Source: Flavobacteriales bacterium
GTDB lineage: Bacteria > Bacteroidota > Bacteroidia > Flavobacteriales_C > GCA-002722245
Length of the DNA: 64,000 nucleotides
Assembly (NCBI GenBank): GCA_046074525.1
Contig: JBJTOK010000052.1
Span: 15,760-79,759, forward strand
Direction of reading: 5' to 3'
Shown: positions 9,981 to 19,682 of the stretch, piece by piece
Numbering within the stretch: position 1 is the stretch's first letter
Layout: every line of letters begins with the position of its first letter
Notes under the pieces: model-generated
The model's input: the letters and a program-made list of their open reading frames with translations, nothing else
Databases searched by the model: none
Told to the model about the DNA's origin: nothing
Position numbers and translations under genes: made by a program

Positions 9981-10457
9981 ATGAAAAAAATGATATTGCT
10001 GCTGGGAACTGCAGCTTGTTTTTCTTGTGGTAGCGATCACGATAAAGATAGTGAATTAGCTGAGAAGATGATAGGGGTGTGGACAAGGGATAGTATTGTG
10101 CGCATATGGGGAGATAAGACAATGGGGAATGCTGTGGAAGGAGGTGAGCGAATTGCTTTGGATGATAAAGGAAGATTTCGGTATTTGGGAGGAGGAGGTT
10201 GTTTGCCTATTTTAGAAACTGGACGATATTTTGTCGAGAAGAATCCTAAACGTCCATTTTTTACAGTTTTGTATTTACCTGATACGGAAGTTTGGCAAGG
10301 AAATGATACCATTATTCCTTCTGTTCGTCATACAGATTTTAAAATGTTGAATGATAGTGAGTTTGTGACTTTTGAGTTCGATTCGTATAGGAAAGATGAC
10401 CAATGGCATAGATCGGAAGTAAGATCTTTTTATAGAAAAACAGGAACGTTTAAATAG
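9981..10457 (+). CDS. hypothetical lipoprotein
   Basis: Signal/lipobox MKKMILLLGTAACFSCG. No recognisable family. Confidence 0.6.
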   Translation: MKKMILLLGTAACFSCGSDHDKDSELAEKMIGVWTRDSIVRIWGDKTMGNAVEGGERIALDDKGRFRYLGGGGCLPILETGRYFVEKNPKRPFFTVLYLPDTEVWQGNDTIIPSVRHTDFKMLNDSEFVTFEFDSYRKDDQWHRSEVRSFYRKTGTFK

Positions 10458-10461
10458 AGAA

Positions 10462-10508
10462 TTAACCACCTCCCCTTTCGGTCTTAACCCGAAGGGGGAG
10501 GTGGTTAA
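10462..10508. repeat. 20-bp-arm GC-rich hairpin/palindrome
   Basis: ttaaccacctcccctttcgg - tcttaac - ccgaagggggaggtggttaa, with one mismatch between the arms. Confidence 0.8.
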
Positions 10509-10530
10509 TTTAAAAGATTTATAAAACAAA

Positions 10531-10557
10531 AAAAAGCCGCTCACTGAGCGGCTTTTT
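10531..10557. terminator. bidirectional intrinsic terminator between convergent genes
   Basis: aaaaagccgc tcactga gcggcttttt. An A-run and a T-run flank the stem. Confidence 0.7.
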
Positions 10558-10575
10558 CGTGGATTTGAACCTTGA

Positions 10576-11154
10576 TTACTTATTCATTTTTTCCATTTCA
10601 GCTTCGAAAGTCTTCTTGAATTTTTCGTAGTCATAGTCAACTTTGAGGCTTTCGTCCTTCGTCAATCTGTCGTTGATCGCCTGTACCAAGTCATCGGCAC
10701 CCAACTCGATAGCCGTGTATGATTTGTAGTTGCCTTCAGTGGTTTTGGTCAATTTCTGGCAGATGATTTTAACGCCAGCCAATTTTTGGTTTACTACTTC
10801 CCTGGTCAAACCTTCGTATTTTTTCTCAAGGTCTTCTTTTTTGTTGTGTTCATTGTCTTTAACGTAATTGTCAATAGTTGACTTTATGGTTGTAGAAATG
10901 AAGGAAGCTAATCTTTGTTTTGCTTCAATGAGCGACTTGTTATGAGCAGTCTGCTGATCCATGCTTTCACCTACTGCATTCGCGCGGAAAGTCTTTTTAT
11001 CAGAGAAGAACTCCGGTCCGGTGCAATATTCGTTTACCAATACTTCACCAACAGGTTTTTTAGCTTCTTCTTTCTTCTTGCTTTTACATCCTGTAATTGC
11101 AAATGAAGCGATCAATGCAAACAAGAATAATGAGGTTTTGAATGTAGTTTTCAT
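10576..11154 (-). CDS. hypothetical lipoprotein
   Basis: Signal peptide plus lipobox (FAITGCKSKKKEE). The mature part is charged and helical. Confidence 0.65.
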   Translation of the reverse strand: MKTTFKTSLFLFALIASFAITGCKSKKKEEAKKPVGEVLVNEYCTGPEFFSDKKTFRANAVGESMDQQTAHNKSLIEAKQRLASFISTTIKSTIDNYVKDNEHNKKEDLEKKYEGLTREVVNQKLAGVKIICQKLTKTTEGNYKSYTAIELGADDLVQAINDRLTKDESLKVDYDYEKFKKTFEAEMEKMNK

Positions 11155-11255
11155 GTTTCGAGTATTTAATTTGTCAATCTTTACTTTTTTAATTGTTGTG
11201 TTAGCTGAATTTCAATTACTATGCCAAAATAAGAATTTAGTTTTTATAAAAGCAA

Positions 11256-11280
11256 AGAAGGCGGCAAATAGCCGCCTTCT
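11256..11280 (-). terminator. intrinsic terminator after Big_2 lipoprotein gene
   Basis: agaaggcggc aaata gccgccttct, followed on the minus strand by T-rich sequence. Confidence 0.6.
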
Positions 11281-11299
11281 GCCTTGATAATAAAGGGTT

Positions 11300-12781
11300 T
11301 TAGAAAGATACGTTAATAGTGATCTGTTTGCTTGCATAACCACCAGAACAAACAGTAATTACCGCTGTACCCGGTCCGGTTGCAGTTACAACGCCTGTGT
11401 TTTCGTCTACACTTGCCGCCTGTAAATTGTCGCTATGAAACTTCAATGCCGGATTCGCAACGATGTTGTTATTGGCATCTTTTGCTGTTGCGGTTAATGT
11501 GATCTGGCTGGTTCCGGTGATAGAAAGATTGGCCGAGCTTCCCTGTGCAATGGTGATGGTAGCAACATCAGGATTTCCTGATCCGCAATCAGCGCCGCCG
11601 CCAATAGCTACAGAAACCAGAGCAGCACCGCCAACATATTCGGAAGCACCAGGAACAGTAGCTATCACTACAGATGACATGCCCGGCATAGCATCTCCCT
11701 TGATGGTTACTTTACCATTGGCATCTACAGATCCAATATCGAACATAGAGATGCCATAAGAAGGGATCATCCAGTTGAACTGGGTGATGCTGTTGATCTG
11801 TGTCATTGTTTTAGCGTTGTAAGCTTTGGCAGTAAAGGTTTTGCTTCCGCCTGCAGCTATCGATATCATCATTGGGTCAACAATCACAATGGTATCAGGA
11901 GAAACGAGGATTTCAGCCATTCCGCTTACACCTTTAGCTGTAGCGCTGATGTTAACCGAACCAATTCCTTTTGCAGTTACCACACCATTGGCATCCACCG
12001 TAGCAATAGCATCATCGGCGCTGCTCCAGGAGAAAGGAGTGCTCACTTCTGCATCGTTCATGTCGTAAGCTTTAGCAGATAAGGTCACCTGGTCACCTTT
12101 GAATAAATCGGATGAGGAAGGAGTAACTTTTACTTTAGTAACAGGCAGACTGATCTTAATTTCTCCCATTACCAGGATAGGAACAATCACTTCTGATTCA
12201 TTGCCGTTTACAGTAGCTTTAACATGGATCAAAGTAGATCCTTCTTTCAATAGGCTTACCAATCCTGTGTTGTTTACAGATGCCACGCTGGCATCGTCGC
12301 TGGAGTAAGTGTAGCTTGGGGTGCCTCCTGCATTGAAAAATACTTTTTCCAGTTGAATGCTTTCACCGGCATAGAATACAATACCACCAGGTACTACACT
12401 GAAAAGTGAGGGCATGCGGATTTGTAGCGGGGCTTCAGCAGTTAATGTACTGCCATCGATTTCCACGGTTGCCTTTACATATACTACACCGGATGATACC
12501 ACGGAAACTCCCCCGCTAGTGCTGATGGTTGCTACAGCAGAATTACTGGTGCTCCATTTCACACCGGATGCTGTTTTTATGTTTCCTGATTTGTCGATGA
12601 GATGAGCCGAGTAAGAAGTGCTTTCATCGGGTTCGAGTGTTATGGGGCCATTATCAATCACCAATACATAGTTTTCAGATCCCTTGTCTGAATCATCTTT
12701 TTTGTCATCGTCTTTTTTACAAGCAGTGAAGAAGACAAGCATGGGTAGTAGACCCGTGACTAACTTTTTTAGTGTAATCAT
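11300..12781 (-). CDS. lipoprotein with multiple bacterial Ig-like (Big_2) domains
   Basis: Lipobox FFTACKKDD. Repeated Big_2-like segments include WSTSNSAVATISTSGGVSVVSSGVVYVKATV and SSADDAIATVDANGVVTAKGIGSVNISATA. Confidence 0.75.
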   Translation of the reverse strand: MITLKKLVTGLLPMLVFFTACKKDDDKKDDSDKGSENYVLVIDNGPITLEPDESTSYSAHLIDKSGNIKTASGVKWSTSNSAVATISTSGGVSVVSSGVVYVKATVEIDGSTLTAEAPLQIRMPSLFSVVPGGIVFYAGESIQLEKVFFNAGGTPSYTYSSDDASVASVNNTGLVSLLKEGSTLIHVKATVNGNESEVIVPILVMGEIKISLPVTKVKVTPSSSDLFKGDQVTLSAKAYDMNDAEVSTPFSWSSADDAIATVDANGVVTAKGIGSVNISATAKGVSGMAEILVSPDTIVIVDPMMISIAAGGSKTFTAKAYNAKTMTQINSITQFNWMIPSYGISMFDIGSVDANGKVTIKGDAMPGMSSVVIATVPGASEYVGGAALVSVAIGGGADCGSGNPDVATITIAQGSSANLSITGTSQITLTATAKDANNNIVANPALKFHSDNLQAASVDENTGVVTATGPGTAVITVCSGGYASKQITINVSF

Positions 12782-12893
12782 AATTTTGGTTTTAAATAAT
12801 TAGTATGCTTAACTCTTTTTCACAAACCGTTCCAAAAATTATTTAGGGCGGTTATTTAAGATGTTTGCTTTACTTTTACTGTAAATAGTTTTT

Positions 12894-14060
12894 ATGTATC
12901 CTGCTTTATATTATTTCTTTTATGATGTCTTCGGCTGGGAGATTGATGGATTAAAATACCTGCCCAGTTTCGGTTTCTTTGTAGCGATGTCTTTTTTAGC
13001 GGCTGCTTATTTTTTCGGGAAGGAACTGAAAAGAAAAGAGCAGCAAGGTTTACTTTCACCTACTACAGAGAAATTTTTAAAAGGGAAACCGGCTTCCGCA
13101 ATGGAGCTTGCGACAAACGGATTAATAGGATTCATACTTGGATTCAAATTCATCGGTCTCTTTTTGGGTAGTGCGGGTGAACTGGAAATCAAGGATTATC
13201 TTTTTTCCGCTGAGGGGAATCTGCTTGCTGGAATAGCCCTGGGGGCTTTGTTTGTATATCTCAAATACACTGAAAAAGAAAAAGAAAAACTGGTGGAGCC
13301 AAAGTGGGTGAATGAGCTCGTGCATCCATACCAGCGTGTAAGTGAAATTACCATGATTGCTGCAGTAGCGGGTATCATTGGCGCCAAGATTTTTCATCAA
13401 TTGGAAAACTGGAATGAATTCATGAGAGATCCTATCGGTAATTTATTTTCCGATTCGGGGCTGACTTTTTACGGTGGATTAATTTTAGGTACTGCGGCAG
13501 TAGTGTATTACGTGAGAAAGAAAGGAATGAATGTACTGGTGGTGGCTGATGCTATTGCACCTGCATTGATTCTTGCCTATGCTATTGGAAGAATAGGTTG
13601 TCAGGTATCTGGAGATGGTGACTGGGGTATAGCGAATCTGGAACCAAAGCCTGAATGGCTGGGATTTTTACCGGATTGGATGTGGGCTTATGATTTCCCT
13701 CATAATGTAAATAAACAAGGCATTCTAATGGCTGATTGCGGGGGCTGGGAACCTTATTGTGCAGTATTACCGGTTAAGGTTTTCCCAACTGCTTTTTATG
13801 AAACACTAATGGGGCTTATCATCTTCGGTTTCCTTTGGGCCATTCGCAAAAAAATATCCATTCCTGGAACTATGTTCTGCATCTATCTTTTCTTCAATGG
13901 TGTTGAACGCTTCTTAATTGAATTGATCCGTGTAAATAATGAAGGAACTTTTTTAGGTATGCAAATCACGCAGGCCCAGTTTATTTCCAGTCTATTAATG
14001 ATCATTGGTGCAATAGGCACAGTTTATTTGTATAAAAAAGGAAAGAAAATTTCAGCATGA
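12894..14060 (+). CDS. lgt: prolipoprotein diacylglyceryl transferase (long Bacteroidota form)
   Basis: Polytopic membrane protein with YGGLILG and GRIGCQVSGDGDWG motifs characteristic of Lgt. Confidence 0.7.
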   Translation: MYPALYYFFYDVFGWEIDGLKYLPSFGFFVAMSFLAAAYFFGKELKRKEQQGLLSPTTEKFLKGKPASAMELATNGLIGFILGFKFIGLFLGSAGELEIKDYLFSAEGNLLAGIALGALFVYLKYTEKEKEKLVEPKWVNELVHPYQRVSEITMIAAVAGIIGAKIFHQLENWNEFMRDPIGNLFSDSGLTFYGGLILGTAAVVYYVRKKGMNVLVVADAIAPALILAYAIGRIGCQVSGDGDWGIANLEPKPEWLGFLPDWMWAYDFPHNVNKQGILMADCGGWEPYCAVLPVKVFPTAFYETLMGLIIFGFLWAIRKKISIPGTMFCIYLFFNGVERFLIELIRVNNEGTFLGMQITQAQFISSLLMIIGAIGTVYLYKKGKKISA

Positions 14061-14854
14061 ATTATCAGGCATTGTGTGAAGAAGTAATTGTTCTGGCTAA
14101 GGAAGTCGGACAGTTCATGAAAGAGGAAAATCAAAAGATCCGTGCTACCGATGTGGAATCGAAAGAGCATGGGAACAGTCTGGTTACCTACGTCGATAAA
14201 ACTGCCGAGAAGAAAATCATTGCTAAACTTTCGCAACTTCTTCCCGAATCTGGTTTTATTGCTGAGGAAGGGACTTCTGATAAAATAGGAAAGGTGTACA
14301 ACTGGATTATTGATCCATTAGATGGCACAACGAATTTCATTCATGGTTTGCCAATTTATTCTGTTTCTATTGCTTTACAGGAAGGAGAGGAAATTGTTTT
14401 GGGTGTGGTGCATGAAGTCAATCTCAATGAATGTTTTTATGCCTGGAAGGGAAGCAACGCATACTTAAACGGAAAAGAAATTTCGGTTTCTAACCGCGCA
14501 AGGATAGAGGATTCATTATTGGCAACCGGCTTTCCTTACTGGGATTTCGGTAAGATGGATGCCTATCTGGATATTCTTAAAGACTTTACTGCACGTACGC
14601 GAGGTTTACGCCGTTTGGGTTCAGCTGCAGCTGATTTGGCTTACGTTGCTGCCGGACGGTTTGAAGCGTTTTATGAATACAGTCTGAAACCCTGGGATGT
14701 TGCCGCCGGTGCTTTTTTAGTGGAAAGGGCAGGAGGGAAGGTTACTGATTTTTCGGGCAACAGGGATTTGATTTCAGGAAAAGAAATGCTGGCCAGTAAT
14801 GGTGTTTTGCATGAGGTATTGCAGAAAAGTATAGCTGATAAATTTTTAGCTTAA
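14057..14854 (+). CDS. suhB: inositol monophosphatase family protein
   Basis: WIIDPLDGTTNF and GSAAADLAYVAAGR motifs. Confidence 0.85.
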   Translation: MNYQALCEEVIVLAKEVGQFMKEENQKIRATDVESKEHGNSLVTYVDKTAEKKIIAKLSQLLPESGFIAEEGTSDKIGKVYNWIIDPLDGTTNFIHGLPIYSVSIALQEGEEIVLGVVHEVNLNECFYAWKGSNAYLNGKEISVSNRARIEDSLLATGFPYWDFGKMDAYLDILKDFTARTRGLRRLGSAAADLAYVAAGRFEAFYEYSLKPWDVAAGAFLVERAGGKVTDFSGNRDLISGKEMLASNGVLHEVLQKSIADKFLA

Positions 14855-14860
14855 AGGTAG

Positions 14861-14895
14861 AGGGCGATAGGTACTCCCGAAGGACCTATCGCCCT
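14861..14895. terminator. hairpin between convergent genes
   Basis: agggcgataggt ... acctatcgccct, a 12-bp stem. Confidence 0.55.
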
Positions 14896-14904
14896 AAAGT
14901 CATT

Positions 14905-15348
14905 TTACTTCGCCAGCAATTCCTTCACCAAGGTAGAAACCACTTTCCCATCAGCCTTGCCAGCCAATGCTTTAGTAGCTACGCCCATCACCTTGCCCAT
15001 GTCGGCTGGAGATGAAGCTCCTGTTTCAGCAATTATTTTTGTTAAGGCAGTCCTGATTTCATCAGCACTCATCTGCTGCGGCAAATAAGCTTCAATGATT
15101 GATGCTTGTGCAGTTTCTACTTCCGCTAATTCCGGACGATTTTGTCCGATATATACCTCAGCAGTTTCTTTTCTTTGCTTCACCATCTTCTGCAAAGCTT
15201 TTATTTCGCTTTCAGGAGTTAGGCCCTCAGGAGAGGTTTTGAGCAATAACAATGCTGATTTAATAGCACGTAAAGCCTCAAGTTTCTTGGCTTCTTTGGC
15301 CAGCATTGCAGTTTTAATATCGGCGTTGATCTTTTCTTCGAGTGTCAT
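14905..15348 (-). CDS. GatB/YqeY domain protein
   Basis: 147-aa helical protein with the typical YqeY N-terminus (LEEKINADIKTAMLAKEAKKLEALRAIKSA). Confidence 0.8.
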   Translation of the reverse strand: MTLEEKINADIKTAMLAKEAKKLEALRAIKSALLLLKTSPEGLTPESEIKALQKMVKQRKETAEVYIGQNRPELAEVETAQASIIEAYLPQQMSADEIRTALTKIIAETGASSPADMGKVMGVATKALAGKADGKVVSTLVKELLAK

Positions 15349-15401
15349 TTTTTTTCATTTTAGTGAACCGAAATTAATAAATTAAGGTCTATTTTTATCG
15401 C

Positions 15402-15785
15402 ATGCTGAATGCAGTTCATCATATCTCCATCATTTGTTCGGATTACGAGCGTTCCAAAGTTTTTTATACAGAGGTGCTTGGGTTGACAGTGATGGCTGAA
15501 AATTACAGGCCTGAACGACAGTCATACAAGCTTGATCTGTCGCTGAACGGTCGTTATGTATTGGAATTGTTTTCATTTCCCAATCCGCCCCAGCGTGTAT
15601 CAAGACCCGAAGCAGCAGGGTTGAGGCATCTGGCTTTTGAAGTAAATAATCTGGAGGAGGTGTTGCATTTTCTCAATGCAAAAAATATTACAGCAGAACC
15701 CATTCGCGTTGATGAATATACAGGCAAACGATTTACTTTTATTGCCGATCCCGATGATTTGCCTATTGAATTTTACGAGAAATAA
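15402..15785 (+). CDS. VOC/glyoxalase-family metalloprotein (YaeR-like)
   Basis: HHISIICSDYERSKVFY...LEL F...GLRHLAF pattern of the glyoxalase fold. Confidence 0.75.
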   Translation: MLNAVHHISIICSDYERSKVFYTEVLGLTVMAENYRPERQSYKLDLSLNGRYVLELFSFPNPPQRVSRPEAAGLRHLAFEVNNLEEVLHFLNAKNITAEPIRVDEYTGKRFTFIADPDDLPIEFYEK

Positions 15786-15787
15786 TT

Positions 15788-15997
15788 ATGGAATTTAAAC
15801 TGAACGGACAGGAATATATTGAACTCAATTCTTTACTGAAATTATTGGGATTGGTGGAAAGTGGCGGTCAGGCCAATATGGTGATTGATAACGAAGAAGT
15901 GAAAGTCGATGGCCACATAGAAACCCGTAGGAGAAAGAAATTAAGGGATGGTGAACAGGTACAGTTCGATGGAAAAACCATAGCCATCAAGGCATAG
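15788..15997 (+). CDS. S4-domain RNA-binding protein (YbcJ-like)
   Basis: 69 aa ending in VKVDGHIETRRRKKLRDGEQVQFDG, typical of small S4 proteins. Confidence 0.7.
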   Translation: MEFKLNGQEYIELNSLLKLLGLVESGGQANMVIDNEEVKVDGHIETRRRKKLRDGEQVQFDGKTIAIKA

Positions 15998-16350
15998 TAA
16001 TCTTATCAACAGGAGAGCTCTTGTACTGGCAATACTTTGCAAGGAAGTGTTGCTCCATTGTTAATAACCTAGTTGACTTTCAGGCGATTATTTCCTATCT
16101 TATTATCAGCTTATAATTAACTAATTAAATCATTTTTATGGCGCAAGGTAATAGGATGATTGTTCGTTCAATGATTACTGAGGTATCAAAAAGAAAGAAG
16201 TCCATTCTTGTGTTGCAAAGGTATCTTAGGATGAAGTATAAAATCTTCATCAGCTCTACGGTACTGGAAAGAAGAATGGTCTTGGAGGTGGATTCATCAA
16301 TGGGTACAGTTGCCTAGTGGCAACTAAAGTGGATCACTCACAAAAAATTA

Positions 16351-16386
16351 AAAACCCTTTCTGTTTCAGCAGAAAGGGTTTTTGTT
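16351..16386 (-). terminator. intrinsic terminator after peroxiredoxin gene
   Basis: ccctttctg tttcag cagaaaggg. A T-run follows on the minus strand. Confidence 0.75.
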
Positions 16387-16402
16387 TTTATTGTGTTTGC
16401 TC

Positions 16403-17038
16403 TTAGTGCTTTGCCAGATAATTGGCAATGCCTTCAGCATTGGCTTTCAATGCTTCATCGCCTTTTTTCCAGTTGGCCGGACAAACTTCGCCGTTTTCTT
16501 CATTGAAGATTAATGCATCAACGAGTCTCAAAGCTTCATCAATGTTTCTTCCCAGCGGGAAGTCGTTCACTACCTGATGTCTTACCACTCCGTTTTTGTC
16601 GATGAGGAACAAACCTCTGTAAGCTTGAGGAGCATTGCCGCTAAATACAGATTCACCAGCTTCATTCAATTCATATTCACCAGCGAGAACATCGTAATTT
16701 TCAGAGATGGTTTTCGACAAGTCAGAAACCAATGGATAAGTTACGCCCTGGATGCCGCCTTTATCTTTAGGGGTGTTCAACCAAGCCCAGTGTGAGTATT
16801 TAGAGTCAACAGAGCAACCTACAACAGCAGTGTTTCTGCTTTCAAACTCAGCCAGTTTTTCCTGGAAAGCGTGTAATTCAGTCGGACAAACAAAAGTAAA
16901 ATCGAGTGGGTAAAAGAAAAAGATTACATTCTTTTTCCCGATATATTGATCGAGGGAGAAATTAGCAACGAATTCGCCGCCTTTAACAACTGCATCCGCC
17001 TTAAAGAGAGGAGCTTTTTTTCCTACAAGTACTGCCAT
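16403..17038 (-). CDS. ahpC: typical 2-Cys peroxiredoxin (AhpC/Tsa)
   Basis: Peroxidatic FTFVCPTE motif and resolving-Cys EVCPANW motif. Confidence 0.9.
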   Translation of the reverse strand: MAVLVGKKAPLFKADAVVKGGEFVANFSLDQYIGKKNVIFFFYPLDFTFVCPTELHAFQEKLAEFESRNTAVVGCSVDSKYSHWAWLNTPKDKGGIQGVTYPLVSDLSKTISENYDVLAGEYELNEAGESVFSGNAPQAYRGLFLIDKNGVVRHQVVNDFPLGRNIDEALRLVDALIFNEENGEVCPANWKKGDEALKANAEGIANYLAKH

Positions 17039-17131
17039 GATTTTTAGTTTTAGATTTTATGGTTTCAAAATTATAATTTCTAATGAATTTGCATGCCGGA
17101 CCCATATAGATTTTAGCGATAGTGTGATAAC

Positions 17132-17830
17132 CTATATAAATAAGGCTAATCCGAGGCCAAGTAAAATCACCACCATTTTGATGAGGTTGAATTTGTGGGA
17201 GTCGGCGGCTTCAAAAAGGATAGTGGTGGAGATGTGCAACAGGATTCCGGCAACAATAGCAAGGGGAACAGCGGTCATTTCCTGGGACAGGAACCAATTG
17301 TTTGCACAAATGGCCCCCAGCGGAGTGAGTAGTGAAAACCCGGCGAGTAAGAGAAGGATCATTCCGTTTTTGAGTCCGGAGTGCTTAAGCATATTTGTCA
17401 ATACTATAGTGATAGGAATATTGTGTACCAATATTCCTGTTACCATGGCGTGGTGAAGATGTTCGTTCTGAAGGTGGGTGTGCGCGTTAAGAGGCCAGCC
17501 TTCAATAAAGGCATGTGTACCCAAGCTCGCTAACACGGCATATGGGATCTCATGTTTGTGAGGATGTGCATGACCATGTTCTATCCCTCCGGAGAACACA
17601 CCAAGCAGTAACTGGGTTAAAAAACCTATAATTACGAAAATTCCTGTATTGGCAGGATTCAATTCATAGCTTTCGGGAAGGATATCGGTGAAGCAAATGC
17701 CTATCAAAAAGGCGGCGCTGAAGGCATTCAGCAATTTGGTAGCACTTGCTGAAAGTACACGTGCGTAAAGGAAAATAGATCCAATAAGAAGAACTGCTCC
17801 AATTAAAACTATGTATTCCTCGGTGTTCAT
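17132..17830 (-). CDS. ZIP-family divalent metal transporter
   Basis: Polytopic membrane protein with a His-rich loop (GGIEHGHAHPHKHE) and HNIPITIV-type helices. Confidence 0.7.
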   Translation of the reverse strand: MNTEEYIVLIGAVLLIGSIFLYARVLSASATKLLNAFSAAFLIGICFTDILPESYELNPANTGIFVIIGFLTQLLLGVFSGGIEHGHAHPHKHEIPYAVLASLGTHAFIEGWPLNAHTHLQNEHLHHAMVTGILVHNIPITIVLTNMLKHSGLKNGMILLLLAGFSLLTPLGAICANNWFLSQEMTAVPLAIVAGILLHISTTILFEAADSHKFNLIKMVVILLGLGLALFI

Positions 17831-18552
17831 GCTAATTTCTCGGCCAAGATAATTAATCTGTCGGATTCTTCAGTAAAAGGCTCCAAATTGTAGGAACCAA
17901 ATGTTTCCTGAATCGAAAAGCCGCTGAGGGTCAAAATTCTTTGGAAATCATTGATTGTCAGTAGCTGTACTTTTTCGGCATAAAGAAAATTCCGGCCTTT
18001 ATCATTAAATCGGATTTCCTTAATAATTCTTTCGTTCTCAATGTGTTTGCTGATATTGTATTGAATCCCTGCAATGGTTTTGGAATCGCTGGCCTGCATA
18101 TTCCGGCGTACTTTTCCCGCGTTGAGGAAGTCGATGACCAGTTTTCCCTTAGGTTTTAAACCTCTGTTAATGGCTTTAAGAGTTTTTATATTATCCCTTT
18201 CATGTTCAAAGTATCCAAAACTGGTAAAAAGATTGAGGGCGCAATCGAAATAATTAGCTGAGAAGAGTTGGCGCATGTCATGGGTGTAGAACTTAAGGTG
18301 TTCATTTTCAAGTTTTTTTGCTTCCTTGATGCTCTCTTCCGACAGGTCGAACCCCACCACATCGAAACCCATCTGATTGATGGTAAAAGCATGGCGTCCT
18401 TTGCCGCAGCCAACGTCAAGGATTTTCGATTTTTCCGGAAGGCGCAAATGTGGAAGAAGCTGGTGAATGAAAAAACTCGCTTCCTCGTTGTTCCTGCTGG
18501 AGTACAACGCATGGTAATAAGGGGTGTTAAACCAGGATTCAAACCATTCCAT
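17827..18552 (-). CDS. class I SAM-dependent methyltransferase
   Basis: SAM motif I ILDVGCGKGRHA. Overlaps the ZIP gene by 4 bp. Confidence 0.8.
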   Translation of the reverse strand: MEWFESWFNTPYYHALYSSRNNEEASFFIHQLLPHLRLPEKSKILDVGCGKGRHAFTINQMGFDVVGFDLSEESIKEAKKLENEHLKFYTHDMRQLFSANYFDCALNLFTSFGYFEHERDNIKTLKAINRGLKPKGKLVIDFLNAGKVRRNMQASDSKTIAGIQYNISKHIENERIIKEIRFNDKGRNFLYAEKVQLLTINDFQRILTLSGFSIQETFGSYNLEPFTEESDRLIILAEKLA

Positions 18553-18605
18553 GTTGCTAAAGTTTGCGCTAAAATACGATTCCCGATTGTTTTGCCGTTA
18601 GATAA

Positions 18606-18636
18606 TTTGTAAAAGAGCGTAATTTGATTAGATTTG
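18606..18636 (+). promoter_or_regulatory. candidate Bacteroidota sigma-A promoter for siaB-like gene
   Basis: -33 TTTG at 18606-18609 and -7 TAGATTTG at 18629-18636, with a 19-nt spacer. Confidence 0.4.
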
Positions 18637-18717
18637 TTTGATGTGAAACTCAAATGCGTTTGATGCGTTCAACGTTAAAAATGTAGCTTAGTGGACAATA
18701 TTTCAGATAAGCCCCGT

Positions 18718-19269
18718 ATGAAGTTTGATATTTATAGTTTCTATAAAAAGATGGAGCATAATGACATTATGCTCTCCTTCAAGGGGGATATCACGTCCGA
18801 ACTACTCACCTCCATGCTCCAGATCATGGAAACCAAGCTGGAGAACATGGACGAACAACCAAAAACCCGTAAAAAAGTTTACAACGTACTGGTAGAGTGT
18901 TTGCAAAACCTTTATCACCACAGAGATGAAATGGAGTCGGCTGCTGCCAATGACGAAACAAAGAAGCAGGCGATTTTCATGATCAGTAAGAATGCTGTGG
19001 AATACAATATAATGACAGGTAACTTTGTGAAAAACGACAAAGTGAACATGCTCAAGGGAAGGATTGATAAAATCAACGGAATGAATAAGGAGGAACTGAA
19101 ACAGTACTATCAGGATGTGCTGAGTCTGGAAGGTTTTTCTGAAAAAGGCGGAGGAGGACTGGGTTTTATTGATATCGCCCGCAAGAGTGGTCAGAACCTT
19201 AGCTATGATTTTCTGAAAATTGATGAGGATTACTCTTTCTTCAGTTTATATATTAAAATTGCGCAATAA
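18718..19269 (+). CDS. SiaB-family (GHKL/anti-sigma-kinase-like) protein kinase
   Basis: C-terminal ATP-binding G-box GGGGLGFIDIARKSG, and pairing with a DUF1987 gene. The alternative GTG start is at 18691. Confidence 0.7.
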   Translation: MKFDIYSFYKKMEHNDIMLSFKGDITSELLTSMLQIMETKLENMDEQPKTRKKVYNVLVECLQNLYHHRDEMESAAANDETKKQAIFMISKNAVEYNIMTGNFVKNDKVNMLKGRIDKINGMNKEELKQYYQDVLSLEGFSEKGGGGLGFIDIARKSGQNLSYDFLKIDEDYSFFSLYIKIAQ

Positions 19270-19278
19270 TTTTTCACT

Positions 19279-19659
19279 ATGGATAAAATTACAATAGAAG
19301 GGACGTCAAAAACACCAACCATTATTTTTGATTCGGAGACAGGATTGCTGGAGTTGAAAGGAAGATCAATTCCCGAGAACTCTATCGAGTTTTACAAGCC
19401 TGTAGTGGAGTCGCTCGATAAATATGCTCACGAACCTAAAGAGAAGACAAGTGTAAATATTCAACTGGAATATTTCAATACGAGTTCATCAAAATGTATT
19501 CTTGATTTGTTCAAGAAGCTGGAAGCCATTCATAAAACAGGAAAGGAAGTAGTGATCAACTGGTACTACGAAGAAGATGATGAAGATATGCTCGAAGCAG
19601 GTGAGGACTATCAGGCCATTATCAAAGTTCCATTTAAGATGATAGAGGTAGGAGATTGA
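19279..19659 (+). CDS. SiaC-family DUF1987 regulatory phosphoprotein
   Basis: ITIEGTSKTPTIIFDSETGLLELKGRSIPENSIEFYKPV...YFNTSSSKCILDLFKKLE...INWYYEEDDEDMLEAGEDY matches the DUF1987 pattern as I recall it from P. aeruginosa SiaC. Confidence 0.8.
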   Translation: MDKITIEGTSKTPTIIFDSETGLLELKGRSIPENSIEFYKPVVESLDKYAHEPKEKTSVNIQLEYFNTSSSKCILDLFKKLEAIHKTGKEVVINWYYEEDDEDMLEAGEDYQAIIKVPFKMIEVGD

Positions 19660-19682
19660 TTTATCCTCTAAAAAAATAAAAA

